From Bdellovibrionales bacterium (GTDB lineage Bacteria; Bdellovibrionota; Bdellovibrionia; Bdellovibrionales; JAGQZY01): a stretch of DNA of 64,000 nt. Of this stretch, positions 28,031 through 38,034 are shown piece after piece. How positions within the stretch are numbered: position 1 is the stretch's first letter; each line of letters starts with the position of its first letter. The stretch is taken from the NCBI GenBank assembly GCA_964230645.1, contig CAXRHT010000001.1, positions 896,001-960,000 of the forward strand, read 5' to 3'. The notes beneath the pieces are model-generated. The model did not search any database, was not told where the DNA came from, and was given only the letters and a program-made list of their open reading frames with translations. Both the position numbers and the translations under genes were made by a program.

Positions 28031-28312
28031 ATGGAAATTAGGCTCGATAAGACCTTGCCGCGGCTGATCAAATCGAAAAACATAAGTATTTCATATTTAG
28101 CTAAAAAGACAAAAATCTCCCCTTCAACACTTTATGAGTGGAAAAACGGCAGAATCCCTCAAAACATTACCCATGTAAAAACGGTCGCGACCGCACTTGA
28201 AGTTCCACTCCATTATCTTCTTTTCGAAACGTCGGACCCTTTTTCTCAGGAAGTTCAAATCGACACTCTCGCTCTCGAAGGTCAGTATGAGGTCTCTATA
28301 AAACGTAGATAA
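28031..28312 (+). CDS. XRE/Cro-CI family HTH regulator (paralog of 25341..25610)
   Basis: ISPSTLYEWKNGRIPQNI..LEVPLHYLLF..EGQYEVSIKR; AGGGGA RBS before ATG 28031. Confidence 0.85.
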   Translation: MEIRLDKTLPRLIKSKNISISYLAKKTKISPSTLYEWKNGRIPQNITHVKTVATALEVPLHYLLFETSDPFSQEVQIDTLALEGQYEVSIKRR

Positions 28313-28569
28313 TGTTAAGCGACCGTTTAATTTTGATTTCTAGACAACTAGGCTGCGGTGGCTGCCTCTCGTAGGGACGATCAAACTTATGTAAAAAGGC
28401 CCGTGAACATGGGGCGCTGATCAAGTATATCTTTAAAATCCACCAGATGGCTCCATATTTTCATCAAATCGAGGAGATCAAATATTCTGGGAATGACGAG
28501 CCTCCTATAAACCACGAACTTCTGTAGCTTTTAGGGACTAAAACATTTGAGAGTAAATGGTTTTGGTTA

Positions 28570-29124
28570 TTATCTCCAGTCCCAAATAATCAGAGACCAT
28601 TTCTCACCCTCTGGTGATTCATACACTTTAAAGACTTCAAAGCCGATCTTTTCGTGGGCTCGTATTGATCTTTTGTTCTGCTCTAGGACTTCCGTTACGA
28701 CTGCATCAAAATCAGTTTTCATCTTTTCTTTCATGAACTCGTAGATCTCGCTAAATAAGCCTTTTCCGCGATATTCTTTTTCGATACATACCTGGCCCAT
28801 GATAAAAAAGTTTAAATTATTTAATGGGGTTCCATTGAATTTGGACTTACTGATCTCTAAAAACATTGGTTTTAGTATTTCCAGCTCGTCCTTAAATGAC
28901 ATTAGCATAACTAGAGCGTATCCAATAACTTTACCCCCATCTACTGCGATAATATGCTGGTACTCGGTGTTCATTCGTCTTAACAAATCTATGGAATGAT
29001 CTGCTGTGACGAATCCTTCTTTGATTCTGTCACTTTCATTGAGGGACTTTGCCAGATTCTTTTTCTGTAGGTGGTAAATCTGCTCTAACTCATTAGGTGT
29101 TTCACATTTTTTGATCTTTACCAT
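28570..29124 (-). CDS. GNAT family N-acetyltransferase
   Basis: GQVCIEKEYRGKGLF acetyl-CoA motif; N.RSIRAHEKIGF. Confidence 0.9.
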   Translation of the reverse strand: MVKIKKCETPNELEQIYHLQKKNLAKSLNESDRIKEGFVTADHSIDLLRRMNTEYQHIIAVDGGKVIGYALVMLMSFKDELEILKPMFLEISKSKFNGTPLNNLNFFIMGQVCIEKEYRGKGLFSEIYEFMKEKMKTDFDAVVTEVLEQNKRSIRAHEKIGFEVFKVYESPEGEKWSLIIWDWR

Positions 29125-29284
29125 TATTAACTCATTCTGTGCATACTAAGCTTTGCACGCATTGTCCTTACAATCTGGATTTATGATTGAAGCTTTTGTT
29201 GATTCTCAAGGGTATCCAACAGGTGATTTTTATTACACTCTCCTCAAGTGGGTCCAAAGATATTAAGCTAGCTGTAAAATTTTA

Positions 29285-30619
29285 CTATTTTGGCCGCCCC
29301 CAATCCTTCAACACCCCTCGATAGATCTGGTTTGGGGTTCCAAATAAAATAGTACTTTGGCCAGTAACTACCTCTCTTACGTTTCGCCCACCATTTACCT
29401 GGGAGGCCCTTTGTGGCGATAATAAACCAGATAGAAAGCTTCTAGCGGATAGGAATCGGTATCTCTGCCCTCCTGACTCTACAGGCGTTAAAAGTGGTGT
29501 GAGTTCGAAAAATAAACTCATCCTGCGATCTTCGCTGCGAATAACAGCTTCTGTGTCGACATCAATTGTTTTCACCTGCCGTTTATTGAACCCATGGTTT
29601 GGATTGATCCAGAGGCCTTGCCCGGTTCCTTTTGAGACGTCGATGCTATTACTAACAATCACTATGGGGAGATCGAGTCTGCAACCAGAACTGTCTTCAA
29701 TCTTCGCTCCTGACATTCTTCGAAAGACTGGTGTTGATAGCTTGAAGTGACATTTCCACTTTTCATTTTTTCCAAGATTATTTAGGTTTTCACTGACCCA
29801 CTGGCTTCCGGATCGATAGTGGAGGAACTGAAAGCTGGCATCTGGACGCAGTCCCCTTAGTGTGTACACCACAAAAGAGAGATCTTTTGGTGAAGGAGTT
29901 TGATTTCCAGGTAGTGCTAAAGAAACGTCTCTGACCAGATTGTGTGGGCGTCGCTCGACATTTTCAATTCCTGCTGGGTGGCGGGCAAAAACCCAGTACT
30001 CCAGGTGGTTAAGAGAAGGCACGCCAAAACGCTGAGAGGTTGAATAAGAGCGGCTTGAAAAATCAAAAGCTGAACGTAGGGGCAAATCATAATGAAGCGC
30101 TGGTGGGTTGTTACTAGCAGACCGATCGACGTAAAGGGCTGGATTGAACTGATCAACTATAAGGTGATTAGGTGCTGACTGAGAGACCTTTGTTTTAACC
30201 CCTTGGTAATCGTTGCGTCCGGCCTGCTCGGGATTATACTTATTAGCGTGATAGCGATCTCTAAGAGCACCTAACATCCCTTTGCCGTAACCAGGCTGCC
30301 CAACTTCGTAGTGCTTTGGAAGGCCTCGAAAGTTTGTTAAGACGGCGCTCCACAGATATCCTCCCCCCTCTTCGTTAAAGCCAAAATCCACGAATTTATT
30401 AGGATAGCCTGGCATTCGGCTTCGAACTCTGTGGGTGACCCAGTCATGCTTTGGGCTGTTCTTCAATAGAGATGCGGGCTCAAGATAGGGATTGGTTTCA
30501 TTATGGAGCTCCCCTTCTTGCCAGGTCAGGGGTCCTATTGGGACTTGAGCTGAGGTCAATTGAGAAGTGAGTATTGTGGTGATTGCTATAAGTATTGAGG
30601 TGATGAGTTGGTTTTTCAT
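29285..30619 (-). CDS. Secreted hypothetical protein
   Basis: Signal peptide; AGGAG RBS; 444-aa ORF 12 bp downstream of the esterase gene. Confidence 0.75.
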   Translation of the reverse strand: MKNQLITSILIAITTILTSQLTSAQVPIGPLTWQEGELHNETNPYLEPASLLKNSPKHDWVTHRVRSRMPGYPNKFVDFGFNEEGGGYLWSAVLTNFRGLPKHYEVGQPGYGKGMLGALRDRYHANKYNPEQAGRNDYQGVKTKVSQSAPNHLIVDQFNPALYVDRSASNNPPALHYDLPLRSAFDFSSRSYSTSQRFGVPSLNHLEYWVFARHPAGIENVERRPHNLVRDVSLALPGNQTPSPKDLSFVVYTLRGLRPDASFQFLHYRSGSQWVSENLNNLGKNEKWKCHFKLSTPVFRRMSGAKIEDSSGCRLDLPIVIVSNSIDVSKGTGQGLWINPNHGFNKRQVKTIDVDTEAVIRSEDRRMSLFFELTPLLTPVESGGQRYRFLSARSFLSGLLSPQRASQVNGGRNVREVVTGQSTILFGTPNQIYRGVLKDWGRPK

Positions 30620-30631
30620 TGCCTTACTCCT

Positions 30632-31672
30632 TTATTGGTAATCTTTTAATTTGAGAAAGTACCGATGTCCTAGAAGTCTTAGGCCCTCATTTGAAAAGTG
30701 ATAATTGTCCCCACGGCCTCCGCTCCCATCATTCAAATCTTCATTTGAGGGAAGCCCTTGGGTTCTCACGACACTAACTGAGTTGAAGCTTTCTTCCATG
30801 TCAAAAAAGATTCTCTTTATTCTCTGTTTGGCTCTTGAGATAGAAAGAGGAGCTTGATTAGGGCGATGCCAGGCTTGCCATTGATCGACTGGCTGTCCAA
30901 TGAGAAATGCAAAACACTCCGAGCTATTCTCACAAAATCGCCTTCGAAGGTTTAAATGAAGATTTAAAAGCCTATTGCGATAAACATTGCTATGAAATTC
31001 AAAGAATCTGTTCGGGTTCAAGGGTTCATGATCAACAAGGTGCCAAGAGTTACCCCCTGACATCGCCATGATATCGGCCTCACCCTGTTGCCACAAAACA
31101 GCCACCAATTTGTTCTCGGGGTTTTGCCTAAGAGCTTTGTGGATTCTCGTGATCATATTTGCGTAAAGGTAACGACTGTCGTTTCGACCAGATAAGTTTT
31201 GGACCAAGTGATCCCAAGCCAAAATGGAAGTGGCTCCCTTTGCTACCGGAACTATGAGGAGTTTGCGGCCCGATTGAAGAAGATGCCTTGAGTAGCGTCT
31301 AGCAAAGGACTGTCCGAATCCATGATTGCCATCATCTTGATAGGAGACGTGCTGAAGCTCTCTAGTACCTCCATCAATAATATTTATGCTTCTATCAGCG
31401 TTTAGATTTCGTCCCACCTGGCAAATATTACTTAAAACACTGGGCTGGGTGTAATAAGAATTTTCAAAGACAGAGCCTCGACCTGCGCCCACCGCGTTGG
31501 ATTGTCCAGCGATCACTACAATATCGTAGCCGCCAGTGAAGTTCTCATCACAGTTTTGATTCGCAAAAGCATTTATGGAACCTAATTGTAAAAAGACTAG
31601 GAGCAAGGTGCTTTTTTTAATGAAACAAGACCTAACTGGTCCAAGACAAAAATAGATAAACGTTTTAATCAT
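30632..31672 (-). CDS. Secreted SGNH sialate O-acetylesterase (SASA) family protein
   Basis: IAGQSNAVG, VAKGATSI, WQQGEAD, DNYHF. Confidence 0.85.
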   Translation of the reverse strand: MIKTFIYFCLGPVRSCFIKKSTLLLVFLQLGSINAFANQNCDENFTGGYDIVVIAGQSNAVGAGRGSVFENSYYTQPSVLSNICQVGRNLNADRSINIIDGGTRELQHVSYQDDGNHGFGQSFARRYSRHLLQSGRKLLIVPVAKGATSILAWDHLVQNLSGRNDSRYLYANMITRIHKALRQNPENKLVAVLWQQGEADIMAMSGGNSWHLVDHEPLNPNRFFEFHSNVYRNRLLNLHLNLRRRFCENSSECFAFLIGQPVDQWQAWHRPNQAPLSISRAKQRIKRIFFDMEESFNSVSVVRTQGLPSNEDLNDGSGGRGDNYHFSNEGLRLLGHRYFLKLKDYQ

Positions 31673-31930
31673 TACTCCCCCACTTCATTTTCCCTTTGCA
31701 ACTTGATCTTAGTTTTGTTGAATCCAGATAAAAAAGAAATCCACTTTTTTGCAAAAGGAAGATCTGCTCTTAAGTCACTAATAATTGGAAGCTTTTCAAC
31801 GAGCTAGTTTTAGAGAGTCTCGAATTGAGAAGGGATTGCAGTTTTTTTTGATTTCTAAACAACTTCTTGAAAGTATTCTCAAGTTTATTTCACCCTTTAA
31901 TTCTAAACTCAGATCAAAAAGGTGGTGACT

Positions 31931-33280
31931 ATGAAAATAGTTAAAATTAAGACAGAAAGTATCGCTCACCTCTCCTACCTAATTATTTCAAATAACGAGG
32001 CTGCGGTGATTGACCCCAGAAGAGATGCCGAAATCTATGTGGATGAGGCGCGAGAGCAAGGGGCCGAGATTAAATATATTTTCGAAACCCACCGTAACGA
32101 GGATTATGTTACAGGCTCGCGGGAGGTTAAAAGGCATACCGATGCTACGATTTATCATGGTGAAGGCTTAAATTTTAATTTTGGTGAATTTGTTAAAGAT
32201 GGACAGAGCTTTGAGCTTGGAGATTTAAAACTTAAAATTCTTTCTACTCCTGGCCACACTCCGGAGTCCATTTCTATCGCCCTCTATCCTGAAGAGGAGA
32301 AAAAAGGGGCTGTTGGCGTTTTCACTGGCGACACGCTTTTTGTGAATGATGTGGGTCGAACAGACTTCTTCAAAGATGAAATGGAGAAGTACGCAGGTCT
32401 TCTTTATGATTCAATTCATGAGAAAATACTTCCTCTCGGTAAGCAGACCGTTCTTTATCCTGCTCATGGAGCAGGCTCAGTTTGTGGCGGAGGAATTGCT
32501 GACAGAGAAGTCTCAACCCTTGGTTTTGAAATGGATAATAACCCCATGCTTCAAATCTCACGTGATGAGTTTATTAAAAAGAAAGTAAATGAAACTCACC
32601 AGATGCCACCCTATTTTCATAAAATGGAGGAAGTTAATCTCTCTGGAAACGATGAGCCTTTTATGAACTATAAGCACCTGGAGCTTTTCGGCGCTCAATC
32701 TTTTGAGAGCAAAATGAAATCGGCCCAAGTTGTAGATATTAGGGACGCGGAAGCTTTTCTTGGCTGCGCTATGAAGGAAAGCCTCGCTCTTCCAAAAGAT
32801 ATGATTGGAGCTTACGCTGGCTATTTTCTAGATTACGATAAGGATATTCTTTTAGTAGGCGACAACTTAGACCACTGCAAAGATGCCAATAACGAATTAA
32901 GGCGTCTTGGCTACGATAATGTTCTAGGACTTTTAAAAGGAGGAATGACCCACTGGGAAACTTCTGCTAAACCCATCGAGCAAATTCAATTAGTGAGTGT
33001 GAATGAAATCGAAGACCTTTCAAAAGACTCTGAAACTATATTGGTCGATGTTCGTAAACCTGGAGAATGGGAAGGTGGCATAATCGAGGGGGCTCGCACC
33101 TTGTTTTTAGGGGATCTGGAGGATAACCTCTCAGAGTTTGATAAAAATAAGAAAATTGTCACCTACTGTGGGTCTGGGAAAAGAGCGACTATCGCTGCGT
33201 CTTTATTTAAAAAGCACGGCTTTGAAAACGTGGCTTGTTTTATGGGCTCTATGAAAGCCTACAACGTTAAAAATAGTTAA
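31931..33280 (+). CDS. MBL-fold hydrolase with two rhodanese domains (persulfide dioxygenase/sulfurtransferase-like)
   Basis: FETHRNED, TPGHTPES, FTGDTLF..DVGRTD, PAHGAGSVCG, DVR..EW, YCGSGKRA. Confidence 0.88.
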   Translation: MKIVKIKTESIAHLSYLIISNNEAAVIDPRRDAEIYVDEAREQGAEIKYIFETHRNEDYVTGSREVKRHTDATIYHGEGLNFNFGEFVKDGQSFELGDLKLKILSTPGHTPESISIALYPEEEKKGAVGVFTGDTLFVNDVGRTDFFKDEMEKYAGLLYDSIHEKILPLGKQTVLYPAHGAGSVCGGGIADREVSTLGFEMDNNPMLQISRDEFIKKKVNETHQMPPYFHKMEEVNLSGNDEPFMNYKHLELFGAQSFESKMKSAQVVDIRDAEAFLGCAMKESLALPKDMIGAYAGYFLDYDKDILLVGDNLDHCKDANNELRRLGYDNVLGLLKGGMTHWETSAKPIEQIQLVSVNEIEDLSKDSETILVDVRKPGEWEGGIIEGARTLFLGDLEDNLSEFDKNKKIVTYCGSGKRATIAASLFKKHGFENVACFMGSMKAYNVKNS

Positions 33281-33287
33281 AAAGACA

Positions 33288-33328
33288 CTGGTCTCTAAAA
33301 TCTGAATTTTGAGACCAGCCATTCTTAG
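33288..33328. terminator. Inverted repeat between convergent genes
   Basis: CTGGTCTC-TAAAAT...ATTTT-GAGACCAG. Confidence 0.45.
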
Positions 33329-33391
33329 AAACCTAGTTTAGACAAATGGCCATTACACCGTCAGACTGCATTTCGTGTTTTTGATTTAAGA

Positions 33392-34384
33392 TTACCCAAA
33401 CATCTTGGTGTAAATCTCATTGATGGTGTCTTTTTCCAAACGAGCACCAAACTCAGTCACCAGTCGTGAAGAGCACTGACAAGCAAAGTTACCTGCATCA
33501 AAAAAAGAATGCCCCTTTGTCAGTGCGTAGAGAAAAGATCCGGCAAAAAGGTCACCGGCTCCATTGGTGTCCTTGGCTTTTACTTTCGGAGCCTCGACAT
33601 TGATAACCTGCTCTCCGTCCCACAGACAAGCACCCTCTGGTCCTTGGGTGATTGCAAAGGTTTTGCTGTATTCTTTTAAGCCTTCAATGGCAGAATCGAG
33701 ATTGTCTGTTGCCGTGAAGCTCAAAGCCTCGGCCTCGTTACAAAAAAGAAGATCAACACCCTCACCGATCATTTCTTTAAAACCGTCTTTAAAAAAACCA
33801 ACAATTCCAGGGTCAGATAAAGAGATAGAAGTTTTAACAGAGTTTTTTTCAGCCGTTTTTCTAGCATGAATCGCCGCGGCTCGGCCTGTGTCACTAGTGA
33901 CTAGGTATCCTTCGATATACAAGTACTCACTATTGGCGAGTTCCTCATCTTTTACTTCATTGACTGAAAAGGTTTCTGTAATACCTAAATAACTGTTCAT
34001 GGTGCGGTCGGCATCGGGTGTAACGAAGACAAGACACTTGCCAGTGATCCCGTCGTTTCTCTCAGAGGTGAGATTGGTATGAAGACCATTACTAACGAGG
34101 TCTTTAAAATAAAAGTCTCCGGTCTCATCGTTTGCCACCTTACAGCTATAAAAGGCTGAGGCTCCCAATTGGCTGATTGCGATTAGGGTGTTGGCGGCAC
34201 TTCCACCACAGGTTCTTTTGTGAACTTTACCTTTAATTTTTAGGAGAAGCTCAGCTTGCCGCTTCTCATCAACAAGAGTCATCAAGCCCTTTTCAACTTT
34301 AGATTCCTTTAGAAAATCCTCGGTTGTTTCAATTTCCATATCAACGAGAGCATTACCTACGCCATAAACCTTGTATTTCGCCAT
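33392..34384 (-). CDS. PfkB-family carbohydrate/adenosine kinase
   Basis: GNALVD, GGSAANT, DRTM..YLG, FCNEAEA, DTNGAGDLFAG. Confidence 0.9.
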   Translation of the reverse strand: MAKYKVYGVGNALVDMEIETTEDFLKESKVEKGLMTLVDEKRQAELLLKIKGKVHKRTCGGSAANTLIAISQLGASAFYSCKVANDETGDFYFKDLVSNGLHTNLTSERNDGITGKCLVFVTPDADRTMNSYLGITETFSVNEVKDEELANSEYLYIEGYLVTSDTGRAAAIHARKTAEKNSVKTSISLSDPGIVGFFKDGFKEMIGEGVDLLFCNEAEALSFTATDNLDSAIEGLKEYSKTFAITQGPEGACLWDGEQVINVEAPKVKAKDTNGAGDLFAGSFLYALTKGHSFFDAGNFACQCSSRLVTEFGARLEKDTINEIYTKMFG

Positions 34385-34537
34385 CTATTACCTCGGTATC
34401 TAAGTATTTAGTGAAAGGGAACTTTTAGCATCAGACGAGTGACCTAGCCAGGCTTACCCACTAACACACATTGTAAAACACTTAAAAACCCTTTCTCGGC
34501 TCGTAGAGTTCTTTCTCGCCGAGCCGTGGGAGGAATT

Positions 34538-35284
34538 TTAGTCGATACAGAGTGCCTCTACAACATCGGAAGGACGCACCTCATTGGTGACTGTGGAGAT
34601 TTCAAACTGAAGAAAATCTATTCCATCAGGGGTGATTTGCTCCTCGTCCCAAGTTTTGGAAACATCGACATCAAGAACTAGGTCTTCTTTATGATTACCA
34701 ATACTGGCTTTATTTTCCTCTTTAATAGACAAATAATCACCTCTCACCCATAAAAAGGCCCTTCCAAAACCCACAAGTTCAAGTTGGTTTGTGCCTTGAT
34801 AAAGGACCTCGCCCTCACGAATGGTGTGAATTTCTCGGGAGAGAATTTGATTGGTCTCTCTATTGAAAAGGTTTTTGTAAACAACCACCTGATAATTACC
34901 TTCAAAAAGTTGAAGTTCAAAGCTTTGAATTTCACCGAGGTCGACAGCTTGGTCCTGAGGCTCAATTTCGACCTCACTGACCCACCCTTGCATAGGCTCT
35001 GTGCTTTCATCTGATAGGCACTGGGGGTTTAAAGGGTCTATTTGAAGCTCTTTAAAATAAGACCTCGTAGAATTTTTATCGTTAAGTCCACTGATCGTGT
35101 CGTGGACTCTTGCCTCAGGATTGCCCTCTTTACCAGGGACATACCAGTGGTATCTGTAGATTGGCGCGATTCCACAACATATGGGCTCTACCTGGGCCTC
35201 GACTAATTCGGGGCCTGAGTCCTCGTTACTACAAGCTGAGAGAGCGCAGGCTAGGATTATCATTGTTATTTTTAAATATTTCAT
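34538..35284 (-). CDS. Lipoprotein, unknown function
   Basis: LSAC lipobox; last gene of the 38685->34538 operon. Confidence 0.75.
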   Translation of the reverse strand: MKYLKITMIILACALSACSNEDSGPELVEAQVEPICCGIAPIYRYHWYVPGKEGNPEARVHDTISGLNDKNSTRSYFKELQIDPLNPQCLSDESTEPMQGWVSEVEIEPQDQAVDLGEIQSFELQLFEGNYQVVVYKNLFNRETNQILSREIHTIREGEVLYQGTNQLELVGFGRAFLWVRGDYLSIKEENKASIGNHKEDLVLDVDVSKTWDEEQITPDGIDFLQFEISTVTNEVRPSDVVEALCID

Positions 35285-35313
35285 TTCATACCTCTATTTT
35301 TTTATAGTCGTAA

Positions 35314-36561
35314 TTAGTTCTGTACCATCTCTAAGAGTTGTTGCTCATAAAGCTCATAGCGCATTCTGGAAGGCCATTTGATTTCGGTCAGAGAGTCTAC
35401 ATTGATGGTCGCAATACTTGGAAGTTGGCAATCTTCTGTTGTTTGGGCATCTAAACATTTATTGTATAAACTCTCCACCTCTTTAATGGCTTCTCCAATA
35501 TTTTCAAAACGAGTGTCCATTTTGTCGACATACCTCTCACAGCGTTCGATCTGGTTATTTGAGCAAAAGGGATAAATATGTTGATCCCAACTTGTGACAA
35601 AACGGCTCAGACGTTTCCTTGCGCCTGAAAGGCGACGGAAAATATTGATCAACTCATGAAGGGTTCCCCTTTGATGCTCCACCATAAGGCGATTGTCTGT
35701 ACTTCCAACCCCTGGATAAGGTTCTGTGACCCATTTGACCACAACTCGGTCGCTGGTCTCCATGGCGTCTACGAGTTTGCTCACATTGTCTCTAAAGGTT
35801 TGAACATCAGAGGGGCTATTGACCATGGGGCTTAGATTTTTAAAAGGAGCGGTTCCCCAGGCATTCATCTCGACACTGAGGCTTCCTAATTTTGAAAGCT
35901 CCGAGGCTACCTGCATAAAACCAACGGAGGCGTCCGCACTCAATCCTTCAACTCCGTAGGAGGCTTCGGCGGTCGCAACAATTTTTGAGTAATTGTAAAT
36001 GGAGAGCTTTTCAGTGGCTAAAAGAATTCGGATCCCCTGGCCTTTGACGTATCCGGCGACAAATTGCTTTCCACATCTTCTAAAAAACTCTTGGGGGTTT
36101 TCTTGATAAAGTTTTTTAAATTCCGGTTTTAGCTCCACATCAGTGGCGTACCATTTGCCATATTCAGCACTAGCTTCAATACCCACCATGGCGCGGTCAC
36201 TTTCAAGAGAAAAGCGAGACTCCTCACCGTAGCTGACATTGCCACTAAAGCCTGCGTAACTTCCTCCAGCTGAGACTTGGGTGTTAGTGTATTTATCAAC
36301 ATCTCTATAGGAGGTGATCATCTCAACACTCATTTCTAGAGATTTTGGAGGGACATCACTTTCGCTTGTGTATTGGCTGTATTCATCCTCATCGGTAAAG
36401 ACTTCTGAGTTGTAGCTGACACACTTTTCGTAAACGTTGTCAGTCACTGGATCAACTCCGGCGCCTAAACGAAGTTGAAGGTTTTTATGCTCGGGTATGA
36501 TGGCGGCCTGCCCTAGTTGGGCGAACAATAAGGCCCCGGTAATTATGATTGTTTTATACAT
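35314..36561 (-). CDS. Secreted MACPF-like protein
   Basis: Signal peptide; LGAGVD..CV; FFRRCGKQFVAGYVKG resembles the MACPF signature; two Ser/Gly/Ala amphipathic segments; C-terminal helical Cys region. Confidence 0.6.
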   Translation of the reverse strand: MYKTIIITGALLFAQLGQAAIIPEHKNLQLRLGAGVDPVTDNVYEKCVSYNSEVFTDEDEYSQYTSESDVPPKSLEMSVEMITSYRDVDKYTNTQVSAGGSYAGFSGNVSYGEESRFSLESDRAMVGIEASAEYGKWYATDVELKPEFKKLYQENPQEFFRRCGKQFVAGYVKGQGIRILLATEKLSIYNYSKIVATAEASYGVEGLSADASVGFMQVASELSKLGSLSVEMNAWGTAPFKNLSPMVNSPSDVQTFRDNVSKLVDAMETSDRVVVKWVTEPYPGVGSTDNRLMVEHQRGTLHELINIFRRLSGARKRLSRFVTSWDQHIYPFCSNNQIERCERYVDKMDTRFENIGEAIKEVESLYNKCLDAQTTEDCQLPSIATINVDSLTEIKWPSRMRYELYEQQLLEMVQN

Positions 36562-36589
36562 TTTTTAACTCCTCTTTTTTAAAATTGTT

Positions 36590-38029
36590 TTAGTGATTGT
36601 TGGCAATCCACTTAAGTAACTCGTAGACGAGTCCTGGGGATGGTTCTCTTGTGGCTTCTTCTAGCAAGGCGACAAAGTCCTCGCTCTCGAGATCACGTGT
36701 ATCAGGAAATTTATCGAGCCTACCATAGCAGTAATAGTCATCGTACTGACCATCTAGGAAATCTAAAACGCGATTGACGCCGGTCTCGTTGTTGACGGAG
36801 AGCTTGGCCCAGCGAATTTGGAATTTTTCACCACTGCCTTTATCGGAGAAAAGTTGTGTGTCACGATCAAGACTGTCTTGTAAAATCCCTCTTAAAAACC
36901 ATTCACGCTCTGTGGGACTATTTTTTAGTCTCCCAAGTTCCTTACGAATCTCTTTAGCGTATCTCTTTAACTTGCGACGATCACAAATATAAGGAACGTG
37001 GTAGATTTCATAGCGACCAGAAAGACTGGCTTGGGTACTGTAGAATTGGTAGGCGTTAATTTGCTGCCAATTATACCCCCCCACACCTTTAAGATTGTAT
37101 TTGCTGCTAGGTGCATTCATCAAATCGAAGATATATTGGTAAGGAATGGCATAGTAACCAGGAAGGTTTTGATCGGCGACCTTTAAGCGCATTTTTTCGA
37201 GCAAAGCCTTTTCTTGCTCATTGGGCTCTTTAGTCAGCATTCGAAGCTTTGAGGGAGAGTTCCAGCTATTTCTTACGATGATTGCACCTGGCCCGGCAGG
37301 ATAGTCGTGTGACTTATAAAGAGAGTCGTCAAATCCAACCACAGCCACACTGTGGTCTATCGCTTCTTCAAAGTTTGGTTGATCATAGTCAGCTAGGAGA
37401 TGCTCTATTTTTTCTTTGCTGTAACTGTTGTTCAACAAACCTGTGTAATTATTAAACTGCGAGAAAAGATAGCTGTGCATGGATAGTGTTAAGGCTTTCT
37501 TTTCTCGGATGAGTTGTTTTAGATGCTCAAGACTCCCCGGAATTCGGTAGCTTGTGAGATTAGGCCTAATTCTTTCAAAACCGTAGAAGGTTTCCTTATA
37601 ACCAAAGGCTCCGGAGCCTTTTGGGTAAGAAGGATCAATGTTGGCGGCGTAGCTTGGGCCAGGGCGATCTCCTAATTCATCTCCAGGAACCCCCTGAGAG
37701 TCCTCAGGCCACATATAGTGAGGTGCGATCCCGGGCATGCTTGCTCGCAAAACATTGTCATCGTCGTTGATCTCCTGGCCTTCCCATCCAGGGTTAGTAA
37801 CATTGTTCCAGGTCGTGGTATGGCGATAAAAAGTACTGAGCTTTAAAGGTAGACCGAGTTCTGCAAAATAAAACTCCAAAGCGGTAGTTTCAGATTCGGC
37901 TTGGCAAGACCCCACATTTTGCTGGTCCATACCATTGAGTCTTATTGGAGGTACAGAAGGATAAACTTCTTCCGCTTGTGCTGAGTTACAAAAAGATAAT
38001 ATTAGTAGAGTAAAGATTAAATTTTTCAT
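36590..38029 (-). CDS. Secreted papain-like (C1) cysteine peptidase
   Basis: DQQNVGSC, DHSVAVVGFDD and IVRNSW catalytic motifs; signal peptide from ATG 38029. Confidence 0.85.
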   Translation of the reverse strand: MKNLIFTLLILSFCNSAQAEEVYPSVPPIRLNGMDQQNVGSCQAESETTALEFYFAELGLPLKLSTFYRHTTTWNNVTNPGWEGQEINDDDNVLRASMPGIAPHYMWPEDSQGVPGDELGDRPGPSYAANIDPSYPKGSGAFGYKETFYGFERIRPNLTSYRIPGSLEHLKQLIREKKALTLSMHSYLFSQFNNYTGLLNNSYSKEKIEHLLADYDQPNFEEAIDHSVAVVGFDDSLYKSHDYPAGPGAIIVRNSWNSPSKLRMLTKEPNEQEKALLEKMRLKVADQNLPGYYAIPYQYIFDLMNAPSSKYNLKGVGGYNWQQINAYQFYSTQASLSGRYEIYHVPYICDRRKLKRYAKEIRKELGRLKNSPTEREWFLRGILQDSLDRDTQLFSDKGSGEKFQIRWAKLSVNNETGVNRVLDFLDGQYDDYYCYGRLDKFPDTRDLESEDFVALLEEATREPSPGLVYELLKWIANNH

Positions 38030-38034
38030 AGCGA

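Noticed and set aside
28320..28560. Possible gene remnant after the second XRE
   Set aside because: No sustained ORF or recognisable motif
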